Shown here in pieces: positions 40,286-53,466 of a stretch of 64,000 bases of DNA. Numbering within the stretch: position 1 is the stretch's first letter; every line of letters begins with the position of its first letter. This DNA comes from Octopus vulgaris (Eukaryota), in NCBI GenBank assembly GCA_951406725.2, contig OX597829.1:17050001-17114000 (forward strand). Direction: 5' to 3'. Below the pieces are notes generated by a model that was not told the origin of the DNA, made no database searches, and saw only the letters and a program-made list of their open reading frames with translations. Position numbers and translations under genes: made by a program.

Positions 40286-40685
40286 TGTATGTATGTATGT
40301 ATGTATGTATGTATGTATGTATGTATGTATGTATGTATGTATGTATGTTTGTATGTATGTAAGCATGTATGTATGTTTGTATGTATGTATGCATACATGC
40401 ATGTGTACATGTATGGACAGACATGTCTGTGTGTGTATTTATATACATACATTATGTACATAATTAGATATACATACATTTGTACAAACGTACAAGTATT
40501 TATGCGCATATATATACATGCATACATGCATGCATGCACAATACAAACATGCATATAAACATACATGCATACATATCTACATTCATACACACATACACAT
40601 AAATACATACGTAAATATACACACACATACATAAATACACATACACACGCACACACGCGCGCACACACACACGCGCGCGCACACG

Positions 40686-40736
<51 letters not shown>

Positions 40737-41145
40737 CACGTATGTATGTTAAATGAACATCTGCTAAATTTGGATAAACGCCAGTCTTGTTTTCGAAATT
40801 GAAGCGGCTTTGTGAGTAAGTGATCAACATTGAAAACGGCTAAAGCAATGGCGTAACATTAAACCGTAAACCTAACTCATTCTTTGGGTTACTAAAATAA
40901 CAAAGTTGCTTAGATTAACAGTAAACCGTAAATCATGCGAATGATTGGTAAGGAATTAACAGTTTGACTATATACTGTTGAGGTGAAATAGTGTAAGGTT
41001 TGGCTCACACTTTTGTCCAAACATAGCGCGTACCTTTATATAAATATTATATTATATACATTCACACACATACACACGCACATATGTATGTAAACGTATT
41101 ACACACATACGTGCGTGCATGAATGTATGTGTCAATGAATGTATC

Positions 41146-41199
<54 letters not shown>

Positions 41200-41426
41200 G
41201 GTGTTTCTAGTTGTAGACATACAATGTCGTTCGCTTCGAATATTGTTGAGTGTAAAATAATATCAAACTTTATAAACACCAATCAGAAAAAGTCAGAAAA
41301 AGAATAAATATAGCCCCCTTCACCCACAACAGCACCACCCCAACAACACCAACAACAACACCTTCACTATCATCACCCTCACCACCACCACCACCACCAC
41401 CATCACATTATATCTGATGAGGAGTT

Positions 41427-42015
41427 AGCATCGCATTATATCTGATGGCAGAATCGTTAGCACGCCGGGCGAAATGCTTAGCCGTATTTCGTCTGTCGTT
41501 ACGTTCTGAGTTCAAATTCCGCCGAGGTCGACTTTGCCTTTCATCCTTTCGGGGTCGATAAATGAAATACCAGTTTCGCACTGGGGTCGATGTAATCGAC
41601 TTAATCAGTTTGTCTGTCCTTGTTTGTCCCCTCTATGTGGGTAGTAAAAAAAAAGCAAATAGGTATTTCGTCTGTCGTTACGTTCTGAGTTCAAATGCCG
41701 CCGAGGTCGACTTTGCCTTTCATCCTTTCGGGGTCGATTAAATAAGTACCAGTTACGCACTGGGGTTGATGTAATCGACTTAATGCATTTTTCTGTCCTT
41801 GTTTGTCCCCTTGTGGGTAATAAAGAAATAGGTATTTTGTCTGCTGATACGTTCTGAGTTCAAATTCCGCTGAGGTCGACTTTGCCAGTCATCCTTTCCG
41901 GGTCGATAAATAAAGTATCAGTTTCGCACTGGGGTCGATATAATCGACTTAATCTGTTTGTCTGTCCTTGTTTGTCCCCCTCAATGTTTAGCCTCTTTTG
42001 GGTATTAAAGAAATA
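41427..42015 (+). mobile_element. SINE family A trimer in one 18-bp TSD
   Basis: TATATCTGATGAGGAGTT at 41409-41426 and 42016-42033; units joined at AATAG|GTATTT. Confidence 0.85.
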
Positions 42016-42562
42016 TATATCTGATGAGGAGTTCTTAGTGTTTTGAAAGGATGGAAAAATAAAAGGAAGGCAGATAAATGGAATAACAACAGCTGAATAA
42101 CTATTGGAACAATTGATAAGAGTTGTATGAAGAAATATTGAAGGCATTCTTCCAAATATAAAATGGTAACTTCTTTTTTATATTTTTAATTTGAAGAACC
42201 ATTATAGCAAATCTTTATAAAAGAGAAAAAATACCCATGAAATAAAACGAAACAGCGAAAAAAAAAAAAAGGAGAGAGAGAGAGAGACAAAAATCTCGCT
42301 ATCGTTGAGATCTACGAAAGAATATTTCCCAGACATCCGAGATGGTGCTGCTATTTGACATATTTACATCCTTTGAATATATAAACAAAAAGTGTGCTTC
42401 TCCATTGACTGGCGTGAAGTCATACGCGGACACTGCAGTTTCTGATCTACAGATGGGTTTTTAGTAGTTCAGCAATCCTCACTTTTGTTAATACAGGAGG
42501 CTGAAATTCACCCCAGTTTTTTTTATTTTCTTATATGTATGTTTTTAGATTATTTTTGTATT

Positions 42563-42717
42563 CTTATTTACATTATTTACAATAGACAGATATTTGTCCT
42601 CATTTTGTTTGTTGTTAACACAACGTTTCGGCTGATATACCCTCCAGCCTTCATCAGGTGTCTTGGGGAAATTTCCAACCTGAGTTCTCATTCCTAAGGT
42701 ATTTTTCCATGTTGTTG

Positions 42718-42755
<38 letters not shown>

Positions 42756-42857
42756 GTTCAGTCACTGCTTGGAATCGAATTCGGAATCTTGGGGTTAGTA
42801 GCTTGCGCTCTTAACCACTACGCCATATGCCCGTAGGCTCTTAAATATAGAACTGTA
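42563..42857 (-). mobile_element. tRNA-headed, hammerhead-bearing element (copy 2) with inverted 3'-end fragment
   Basis: TSD TTATTTTTGTATT (42550-42562, 42858-42870); head 42760-42832; inverted 20-mer 42838-42857 is the exact reverse complement of 37891-37910. Confidence 0.8.
42617..42662 (-). ncRNA. Type I minimal hammerhead ribozyme motif
   Basis: GACAC-CTGATGA-A-GGCTG-gagggtatat-CAGCC-GAAA-CG-T-T-GTGTT. Confidence 0.75.
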
Positions 42858-43029
42858 TTATTTTTGTATTGTTTTGTATTTTTATATTATCTTGCAAAAA
42901 TTGTTTCACCATTAGAATTGCATCATCAAGCGAAACATTTTTACTAAAATAAAAATGATAAAAAGGAAGAGACAGAGAGGGAGGGAGGGAGAGAGAGAAA
43001 GATACGGAGAGAGAGATAGCGAAACAAAC

Positions 43030-43325
43030 AGAAAGGAAGAGGGGAAAGAAAGAAAGAAAGAAAGAAGGAAAGAAAGAAAGAAAAAAGAAAGGAAGGAAGG
43101 AAAGGAGGAAGGAAAGAAGGGAAGAAGGAAGGAAGGAAGGAAAGAAGGAAGGAAAGAAGGAAAGAAGGAAGGAAAGAAAGAAGGAAAGAAGGAAGGAAGG
43201 AAGGAAAAGAAGGAAAGAAAGAAAGAAGGAAAGAAAGAAAGAAGGAAAGAAAGAAAGAAGGAAAGAAAGACAGGGCGAGTGGTAGAAGAAAGAAAGGAAG
43301 GAAGAGAGATAGAGAGAGAAAGAGG
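43030..43325. repeat. Polypurine (GAAA/GAAG)n tract
   Basis: Direct observation. Confidence 0.9.
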
Positions 43326-43901
43326 GAGCTGTGTCAAAACAAGGGGGCTTCAATGGTGTCTTCCGACCTGATAGGTATAACAATCACTTCACTCTCAAAT
43401 CGCAATGTTATTTTGAAGAAGGGAAAAGGTTCACTAGATATATGTTAACTTTATTCTGGGACGACACACTATATCGGAAAGAAACGAGGTAGGGTAACTG
43501 TGCGAAAATGCTTTTGATGATACGCTTGTTCGTTTAGGGGTGACCTTAAGCAAAAAGAATGACACCAGCAACAAACAAAATCGTATCAAAATGTTTCTAA
43601 ACGCCCCAGTTACCCCTATTTTTTTTTCATTTTTCACATTTAATCTTTACTAAAACAAATTTTTGCTCTGTTAACTTTTTTCTAAATCATTTATCACTCA
43701 ATTATGCAGTCTATTTAAATTATAGATACTCTTTAAATCCAAACTCTGTCTGCCACCAAAAAGGCGGTGAAATGGAGGAATCTTTGGAGCGTAAAACAGA
43801 ATATATATTTCTTTACTATCCACAACGGGCTACACACAGAGGGGACAAACAAGGACAGACAAAGGGATTAAGGCGATTACATCGACCCCAGTGCGCAAAT
43901 G

Positions 43902-44328
43902 GGACCTTTTCGGTTTCAACGGCAGTTTTTTCTAGCGGTGTCATATGAAATTGTCACCCATAATTATGAGCCTAGTATCGATCTATTGCATTTCAATCTG
44001 TTTTAGGGTTAGGGTTAGTTAGGGTTAGGGGCGGGGGGGTATCTTTTTTTCATCACAAATGTAAATAAATCCAATCTGTTTCTTAAACGAGGGACACATT
44101 CATACGGCACAATGTTTTTTTTTTACCTCAATAGACGTCATTGATTGGTTGAAATTGCCGAAATTGAAGAAAAAAACCCAACAAATATCTTACAAACTAT
44201 AGAATTTTCTCAATAAAGCCAAGAGAAAAATATGTTTTATAAACGCATTCTACCAGTATACGAAGTTTAAAAGTAATTAGTTACGTGGAAATTCTTTTAA
44301 AAAACTGCCGTTCAAACCGAAAAGATCC
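43902..44328. mobile_element. TTAGGG-containing MITE, copy 2
   Basis: Same TIRs and body as 39284-39695; no matching TSD. Confidence 0.85.
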
Positions 44329-44637
44329 TAAATCATTATTTATTATTCAATTATGTGGTCTATTTGAATTATAGATACTCTTTAAATCCAAACTCTGTTA
44401 GCCACCAAAAAGCGGTGAAATGGAGGAATCTTTGGAGCGTAAAACAGAATATCTTCAGTTATTTATTCGGATTCTTTACGTTCTGAATTCGAATCTCGCC
44501 AAGTTCAGCTTTAACATTCGTCATTTTGGGGTCGATGAAAAGAATGTACCAATCAAGAGCAGTGGATTGGCGGAGCTATTCGCAGGGCAAGTGGAGATGC
44601 CCTGCGATTTCTGTTCAGCATATATATGTTTTGACAA

Positions 44638-44867
44638 GGCGGCAAGCTGGCAGAAACGTTAGCATGCCGGGCGAAATGCTTAGCAGTATTTCGTCTACCG
44701 CTACGTTCTGAGTTCAAATTCTGCCGAGGTCGACTTTGCCTTTCATCCTTTCGGGGTCGATTAAATAACTACCAGTTACGCACTGGGATCGATATAATCG
44801 ACTTAATCCGTTTGTCTGTCCTTGTTTGTCCTCTCTGTGTTTAGCTCCTTGTGGGTAGTAAAGAAAT
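44638..44867 (+). mobile_element. SINE family A
   Basis: Full copy; TGTTTTGACA duplicated in the flanks. Confidence 0.85.
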
Positions 44868-45334
44868 GTATATATATGTGTTTTGACAGCAACGCCAGCA
44901 CCTGGGATAACGCCAAGTTGTATAAGCCATAAAAGCGGTGACCCTTTGCGTGAAAAGACACCTCCGACGTGAGGAGACAAGACTTACTTGCAAAGACAAC
45001 TGCCAGTTTTACACACACATATACACATACACATTGCCCAGGCTTGAAAATGCAAATGTATTCAACCCTAATTATTTACAAATTCTAATTCATAGATTAT
45101 TGTTGCTGTTGTTGTTTTACACCAGAGCAAGCCTATTACGAAAAGAGTGGCGTATTCTGAGTAAAATCTCACGTTGGGTGAAAGGGAGAGAGTGAGAGTG
45201 ACGACATAATTTATTCCCATGAAAAGACAGATAATCGGTCCTTTCTTTACTTGTTGGTGTTTTCCATTAGTAAATCTTTGTAAATTCGTTTTATTTTCCC
45301 TCAGTTAATTTCTCGTCTCGTCAGGATATTTTAT

Positions 45335-45749
45335 GGATCTTTTCGGTTTGAACGGCAGTTTTTTCTAACGGTGTCATATGAAATTGTCACCCATAATTAT
45401 GACCCTAGTATCGATCTATTGCATTTCAATCTGTTTTAGGGTTAGGGTTAGGGGTGGGGAGAAGGGTATCTTTTTTTTCGTCAGAAATGTAAATAAACCC
45501 AATCTGTTTCTTAAACGAGGGACATATTCATAAGGCACAGAATGCTTTTTACCTCAATGGACGTCATTGATTGGTCGAAATTGCAGAAATTGAAGAAAAA
45601 AACAATTTATCTTACAAACTATAGAATTTTCTCAATAAAGCCAAGAGAAAAAGATGTTTTATAAACACATTCTACCAGTATACGAAGTTAAACATTTTTT
45701 AGTTACCTAGAAATTATGTTAAAAACTGCCGTTCAAACCGAAAAGATCA
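45335..45749. mobile_element. TTAGGG-containing MITE, copy 3
   Basis: Same TIRs; flanks TATTTTAT / TATTTTCT (7 of 8 match). Confidence 0.85.
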
Positions 45750-45904
45750 TATTTTCTTCTTTGTCCTTTTTGCCATGTTTTTAGGATTCGTTTGTGTGTT
45801 GGTGCGTTATTTCTTGGTGCGATGCAGTCTTTGTTTCGTGCAATGTTCGTATGTTAATGTTTGAGGTTCATTAACACTTTCCTTTTATTTACATTTGTTT
45901 GTTT

Positions 45905-46198
45905 CTTCTCGAGCTATGCCTGGTTCATAAGGGCCGGTTTCCCGGTTTCCTTGGCGTATAGGTTCCCCACCTGGACGGAATGCCGCTCCATCGCAGGTGA
46001 GCTGCAAAATGCAGGAGGAAAGAGTGAAAGAAAGTAGGGGCGAAAGAGTCAGCAGAGGTTCGCCATTACCTTCTGCAGGAGCTGCGTGGAGCTTAGGTGT
46101 TTCGCTCATAAACACACACATCGCCCGGTCTGAGATTCGAACCCGCGATCCCTCGACCGCGAGTCCGCTGCTCTAACCACTAGGTCATGTGCCTCCAC
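45905..46198 (-). mobile_element. tRNA-derived SINE family D with V-domain-like core; related copy 52225-52552 (-)
   Basis: Head GGAGGCACATGACCTAGTGGTTAGAGCAGCGGACTCGCGGTCG...GGGTTCGAATCTC; core CCTGCGATGGAGCGGCATTCCGTCCAGG. Confidence 0.7.
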
Positions 46199-46320
46199 TT
46201 ATTTACATTTATGACTTCGTAATTTATGATGGATTTGTGAGTACGCGTTATTGATTTCAATTTGGATTTGGTTGTGCTTGTAGTGTTAATGTTATTTCTA
46301 GTGATGATGGTGGTAGTGGA

Positions 46321-46702
46321 GGCGACGATCTGGCAGAAACGTTAGGACGCCGGGCGAAATGCGTAGCCGTATTTTGTCTGCCGCTACGTTCTGAGTTCAA
46401 ATTCCGCCGATGTCGACTTTGCCTTTCATCCTTTCGGGGTCGATAAATTAAGTACCAGTTACGCACTGGGGTCGATGTAATCGACTTAATCCGTTTGTCT
46501 GTCCTTGTTTGTCCCCTCTGTGTTTAGCCCCTTGTGGGTAATAAAGAAATAGGTATTTCGTCTGCTGCTACGTTCTGAGTTCAAATTCCGCCGAGGTCGA
46601 TATTGCCTTTCATCCTTTCGGGGTCGATTAAATAAGTACCAGTTACGCACTGGGGTCGATGTAATCTCTGTGTTTAGCCCCTTGTGGGTAGTAAAGAAAT
46701 AG
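46321..46702 (+). mobile_element. SINE family A dimer
   Basis: Unit GT(46369)...AG(46552), 184 nt; TAGTGGAGG duplicated in the flanks. Confidence 0.85.
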
Positions 46703-46959
46703 TTAGTGGAGGAGTGTTGTAGTGACGTTTTGCCCACCCCTCAAATCTTCCATCTTTCCGTCTGGACAGATTCGTTTTGTGCTTTTTCCTTTCAGTCTCC
46801 TTTCTTATGGGGACATTTTTCTATTTTTCGAAATCATCTTGCTTTCTTATATAACATGCCTGAATGATCTGATAGAGAAGCGTTTTGTTTTACGTTACAC
46901 TGGGATTCGGAATTTTGCAACCGATTTTTGGTGATGTTCTTTCTGTTGTTTTTTGATAG

Positions 46960-47240
46960 CATATAACTGTGTACACTTGGGTGCTTTCCAGTTTATCTTT
47001 TTTTCTTCTTATTCGTGACTGTTATATTCTGCTGTATTTTCCGCCAACTTCCATTTCTCTCAAATTCCCGTAACCTTTCTGCTTGTATTTTGTTGGCCTT
47101 CTTTGCTCCAGGATTTCTGCTCAGAATTTCCTTGTTGCTTCAGCATCTGGCATATCATTCCCTTTGTACTCTTCTTCATTGTTCAGTTGTCTATAGAATT
47201 TTCCTTCGTTTTTCTTTCTTTCTTTTTTTTTTCCAGAGTC
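46960..47240 (-). pseudogene. Old R4/Dong-like LINE fragment
   Basis: NEGKFYRQLN...PDAEATRKF...NWKAP read across frameshifts and stops. Confidence 0.45.
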
Positions 47241-47714
47241 TATGTCCTAAAACTAATTTGATCTCAGTTGATATCTGTTTCTTTTATCCAACCCTGCTTT
47301 GATTTCTTTTCTCTTAGTTTCTCTTTAACTACTGGCAATCCTTTGTGTCTTGCGTTGTACTTCCTTTGCTGTTCGTTCTAGCGTCTTTCCTTCACCTGCT
47401 TCTTTTATATCATTGCTTGTATCAGTCCCACCACGGGACTTTGCCCTTTGTTTTGTAACAAGATGAAGGTCTCAGGAACACTTGAGGGGTGTCTGTCTTA
47501 TCTTGTCACATACAATTGTCTTTAATAGCAATAAATAATACTTTATTTTTTTCCGGGTTTCGCAAATACAAAATATATACACATATATTGGGCGAACCGG
47601 TAGCCAAGTCCACAAGACTGTTCACAAATGTTCACTTGGGTGAGCCAAAATTACTGTCTTCGTTCCCGCTTAGCAGAAGAGCTTCTCTATATGTAGGGTT
47701 TTCCCTGGGAGAAG

Positions 47715-47870
47715 GTTGGTGACGTCCACTTGGTAGGGTTGCTGATTCAAAACGACAGATTTAGCGGGAACGCTTTCAGTGTGCAGTTCTCTGCGCATGC
47801 GCAAGAAGGAACTTCCGTCGGCCTACCGGAAAAAATCCAACTCTGCGCATGCGCGCTGAAAACTTCCAAA
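47715..47870. promoter_or_regulatory. Cluster of NRF1-, ETS- and CRE-like motifs
   Basis: TGCGCATGCGC at 47792 and 47844, ACTTCCG at 47811, CCGGAA at 47826, TGACGTC at 47720. Confidence 0.3.
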
Positions 47871-49983
47871 AATAGCGTAACTACAGTTCTTTCTTTGACA
47901 TTTAATCCCAAGAGTTTGCGCAGCGACAACATTTATGCCACATATAACGTAGTTTTGACATGTTATGTTTCCGATGTAGATTTTCCTTAACCGTCCGTCC
48001 ATCTTTTTCACTACTTCGTATAGTCTTCCTCTTTCGATTCGTCTTTCTTTTGCTTATTTCGTTCTTCATTCAGGTGAAGTAGTAAGCTCCTTTCTTTCTT
48101 CTGTAACAGTCTTTCCCTCCACAAAGTAAAATTACCTTCGCCAGGAGCTTTTTCTTCTGTGGAAATTTATTAATCCCTCTGATCATTCTTGTTCTTCTGC
48201 TTTATTTTGTTCTTTGTGTTCACCGTAGTCACGTTTACACTCTTTCACTATTGCGGAGATCTCCACCTGTTCAAAATGAGACAGCCACTGTCTTTTCATG
48301 ATTAATTTTTTTTTTTATCTAAAACTCTTTGCTCCGTGATAGGGAACATATCTTTGTCCAGATTTCATGCATTCTTTTCCGGTATTCTATTTTGGTAGGC
48401 TTGCTTCTGTAACAGCATTCCGTTACAGTTCTTTTGTCAAAAGGTAAAATTTATCACAACTTAAAAGTAAATGTTGCGCTAGAACACACACTATTGCAAT
48501 GTTTACCATGCGAAAATCTGTCATATGGTTTTGTGGTGCATACGAGCATTCCTGTTCACACTGCTAGCGGATAACAATCATTGCCATCCCCGCTGCCAGG
48601 AGTACCAGATCACATGATTTTGGCCTCCTGTGAGCTTGTCAATGGTAGATACCTGTCGGCTGGAAATAGCAGCGACCGTCTCGCCAATAACATACATAGA
48701 TTAACAGGGTCCAATGTAGTGGTATGTTTTGAGTGCGTGTGTGTGTGCGTGCGCGCGCACTTCTGAGTTTATCCATGTAAGACGTGGAGAAAAGGTGGAA
48801 GTGAGTGTTGAGTTTAAGTTTCTCATTTTTGTGGTGAATTTCTTCTATATTGCTGCCACCGCAGTTGCTACAGAGAACAGGAACTCATAAAAAGAGATCT
48901 GTCCTTTCTATGCGTTCTAGCTTAACTTGGAGAAGAATCCTCAGTTTGGTCCTAGAGCAGTTCTCTCACTTCGACATTTTGAGATATAGCAAGGTCTCGC
49001 TCTTCTAGAACAATACATGCTAGAATCCACCAGATATTCAGCTCTGATGGGATACCCGATATTCTTAACTTCATTAGTCTCCTACCCAAATACGTGGAAG
49101 GCGAGCGGACTCTCCACTATGGGAGGGGTAACGGAATGCTGCAATGCAAGGGCTCCAGTCTTAAGCGAAACTTCGACATCTTAGAAACTATTTGCCTTTG
49201 ATGTATACTGCCACATATTTAGAAGTGCCCTCTCCGACAGTGCTGTTTCCAGTCACTGTTTCCAGGCGACAAATTTTTAAAGAAAATCATCGATATAATA
49301 TGGTATGTTTAGCTGTTCTTGATAGATTTTTCAGACATTGGTACCAAACCAACTTTACTCCTCTCAATTTTTCATAATCAAATGGCATCCAACAACCTGG
49401 ACCGTTTATTGTCCACTGAAAGCTATAAAGCTCCTTATGGGAAAACCACTCCCGCAGAAAAGGTCTTTTCTAGAAGTGCCACTGTTGTCGGAGTTATTGC
49501 CTTTTATTCAACCGCTGCTACTACTTCTGTATCCACTGTCACGGCTCCCGTTCCTGTCGTCGAAGTTCTTGTTACTGTTGCTGATGTTATAGTTGTTGTT
49601 GCCGGGTATTTTTGATGTTGTTAACAGCTTTGGCCTTCGGGTCGAAAGCATCGCTGTCATTACTATTGCTCGTGTTGTAATTGTTCTTTGTAACAGTAGT
49701 TATTTTTTGTTGTTGTTACCGTTGCAGCTGCTGTGCCTCTCATATTTGTCAGTAAGATTACATGAACCGGTTTCGACATCACTGCGACTAATGAAGACCT
49801 TAAGGCTGGATTTGGTGTAAAAGTATTTAAGATAATTTGGACTTGCGCTTTATTCCCATATCAATTTGAACATTTCTTTTAAAAGTGGGAGTCTTGCTAT
49901 TTGTATCGTAAGTAAAATACACCATCACTCTTCCATTAAAAAAATTTACATAACATATCTACAAGGGCTCTTTCCTATCTATA

Positions 49984-50211
49984 CCTACTTCTTTACTACC
50001 CACAAGGAGCTAAACACAGAGGGGACAAACAAGGACAGACAAACGGATTAAGTCGATTACATCGACCCCAATGCGTAACTGGTACTTAATTTTATCGACC
50101 CCGAAAGGATGAAAGGCAAAGTCGACCTCGGCGGAATTTGAACTCAGAACGTAACGGCAAACGAAATACGGCTACGCATTTCGCCCGGCGTGCTAACGTT
50201 TCTGCCAGTTC
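49984..50211 (-). mobile_element. SINE family A (further minus copies near 51605, 53207, 56815 and 59404)
   Basis: Family A sequence. Confidence 0.85.
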
Positions 50212-50629
50212 GTCTTCTTTCCTATCTATACCGCCGTCAAGTAGGACAAGGAATATCTATCCGTCAAGTAGGACAAGTATACCGCTGTCAAGTAGGACAA
50301 GGAATAACCATCCACATTTGCTTTAATAAAGCACAAATAACTTAACCTTTCTATTTCACGCCCTTCTGTGATGGATTGTTAGGCACAGGTCTTTGTGAAC
50401 GAAATGTTACAAAGCTGTAGTTCCTGCAGCAACATGTTGTAACCGTAATAAATTTAGTATTTATTTTTTAAAGTTTGCCTCATAAACGATTGCGGTTTGC
50501 CATTGTTCATCACGTTTTCTTTTGTCATATACATAGTTATATACTGTTGCAGTAGGTGTTAAACGAGTTGTCTTTTATATTATGCATTTTCTTTTGTTGA
50601 ACTGTCAATACTCTTTTCATTTTTATTCT

Positions 50630-50979
50630 TTCCTTTGTACTCTTTTATTAGTTTCAGTAATTTGACTGTGGCCATGCGGGAGCACCGCCTTTCGTCGAGC
50701 AAATCAACCCTATGACTTATTCTTTGCAAGCCTAGTACTTATTCTATCGTTCACTTTTGCCGAACCGCTAAGTTACGGGGACGTAAACACAGACAAATAC
50801 ATATACACATATATGCGACGGGCTTCTTTCAGTTTCCGTCTACCAAATCCACTCACAAGGCTTTGGTCGGCCTGAGGCTATAGTAGAAGACACTTGCCCA
50901 AGGTGCCACGTCGTGGGACTGAACCCAGAACCATGTGGTTCGTAAACAAGCTACTTACCACACAATCACTCTTGCGCCT
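50630..50979 (-). mobile_element. SINE family B
   Basis: Reverse complement of family B. Confidence 0.8.
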
Positions 50980-51565
50980 ATAGTATTTTCATAAAATCTA
51001 TTTTTTTATATATTTTTCTAGTTGAAAGCTGCTGTGCTTTTGTCTCATTGTAATTTTCATTGGAACAGATCTTAAAAAAAAAAGTTAAGAATACATTTTT
51101 GTCTTCGAATTAGAATGTAAAATAGAGTGAAAATATAAAAAAAAACCCCCAACCATGTAAGAAGTTAAACATTCCAAAATGTTCAATAGCAACAGCTCCT
51201 CTCAAAAATTAAGATTTGTTTTGTCAATTAAATTTGAAGAGGTTTTAAGAATTCGTAGAGTTACAATTTCTAAGCGTCTGAACAAGTTGACAGAAAATGA
51301 TAAACAATATTAACAAAGGAAAAAAAATAAACAAAAACGAAAGGAAGCTTTATATAAAGGTTTTATTGAACAGAATAAAAAGTTTCGTGTCCATTTGCTC
51401 TGAAGCAAAATAATAATAATAATAATAATAATAATGAAGCAACAATGCGTTAGATTTTAAGAAATATTACATAATGGAATTTTTCGTTGTTGTTCATGGT
51501 TTTAAAAGTTGCTCTGATATGAATATTTCTTAATATTGATTCATGTGACGATATGATAAAAATGT

Positions 51566-51607
<42 letters not shown>

Positions 51608-51796
51608 CCTTTCTATTGGTAGCACAAGGCCTCAAATTTATGGGGAGGGGGCTAGACGATTACATCGACCCCGAAATAATAAAAGGTAAAGGCGACCATG
51701 ACGGAATTTTGAACTCAGAAAGTAGCGACGGGTGAAATACCACTAAGCATTTCGTCCATTGTGCTAGCGATTCTGCGAGATCGCCGCCTTAAAGGA

Positions 51797-51833
<37 letters not shown>

Positions 51834-52609
51834 TCTTATGGTAACAATGAAGATTATGTAATAGTAGTAAAATTATGATTGCAATACGGATATATGAAAG
51901 AGAATGAGGTTGTAGATGAAGGTAACAACAACTATCTTTAAAAAAAAAAAACTTTTCTTTCAAAGATAGACATGAGGCACAAAAATGAGGGTTGGATACA
52001 GTCGATTAAATCGACCCCAGTATTTGACTTCCACTCTATTTTATCGAACCCAGAAGAATGAAAGACAAGGTTGACATTAGCGTTATTCGAACTTAGAATG
52101 TAAGCTATCAGAAAAACTACAAGGTATTTCGTCTGATTCCCTTAACGATTCTGTTAATCCACAACCCATATCACCGTTATTGTTATTATTATTACTACTA
52201 CTACTACCACCACCACTACTATTGCTGCTGTGTGTTGCGGTCTTCGTCCCAGAGTGTAGTGAGAGAAGTCCGAAACGTGGTCCTTTGCTATTCGTAAGAC
52301 CCGCAGAAGAGAAAGCAGGTCAACCCCCGACACCGAAAGCATCGACGGGTGGACGAATGCGCAGCATCCAAGCTCAGCGCTTGCGTAAGAAGTCGGGGAC
52401 AAGAAACAGGAAGAAAGAGTGAGAGTAAGTTGGGGCGAAAGAGTACAACAGGGGTCGCCACCACCCCCTGCCGGAGCCCGGTCTGGGAATCGAAACCGCG
52501 ATCCTCCGACCGCGAGTCCGCTGCCCTAACCATTGGGCCATTGCGCCTCCACTGCTGGTGCTGCTTCTACTAGTACTACTAGTATTAAATCTAATGCTAC
52601 AACTGTTGC

Positions 52610-52640
<31 letters not shown>

Positions 52641-53426
52641 TTTAAAATTTATTATAATAATGATAAATCTAAATGAACATGACAATCATGTTGCTGCTGA
52701 TGATGATGATGACTATGATGATATTCAGATGTATTGAGTAAAATAAGTGCCAAAAAAAAAAAAATTCACAAAAATAATAAAGAATTACAATTTGCTATTA
52801 AATATCAATTCAGTTGATTATGCGTATATATATACCCTCATTAATTGGCAACTTATATTAGCAACAAATACATTTAAGATCGGGAGATAACAGTGATTGT
52901 TGTGTTAAATATACATATATTTAAAAAAAAATTTTGGATGAAAAAAAAAAATGTCTTTGTACATTTATTCTCTACATTCAACGAAGTATTGAATAATATT
53001 TATGATTTCGTTATTTCCTTTCATTTTCATTGTATTTATTTACGTTCATATTATATAATTTGCATATCAGGACAATGTAAAATTATAAGAGATATGCTAA
53101 TTTGCGTGTGTGTGAATACATATGCATTTATATATACACAAACATACATCATATACTATACATATGTTAATGTGTGGATATATGTATATACACATATATA
53201 TATATATCTTTACTACCCACAAGGGGCTAAACATGGAGGGGACAAACACGGACAGATTACATCGACCCCAGTGCGTAACTAGTACTTAATTTATCGACCC
53301 CGAAAGGATGAAAGGCAAAGTCGACCTCGGCGGAATTTGAACACAGAACGTAACGGCAGACGAAATACGGCTACGCATTTCGTCCGGCGTGCTAACGATT
53401 CTGCCAGCTTGCCGCCTTTGCACAGG

Positions 53427-53466
<40 letters not shown>

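Noticed and set aside
50231-50305. Three copies of GTCAAGTAGGACAAG with short spacers (CRISPR-like look)
   Set aside because: Eukaryotic context, spacers of about 11-12 nt that are themselves partly repeated, no cas genes: a local slippage minisatellite.
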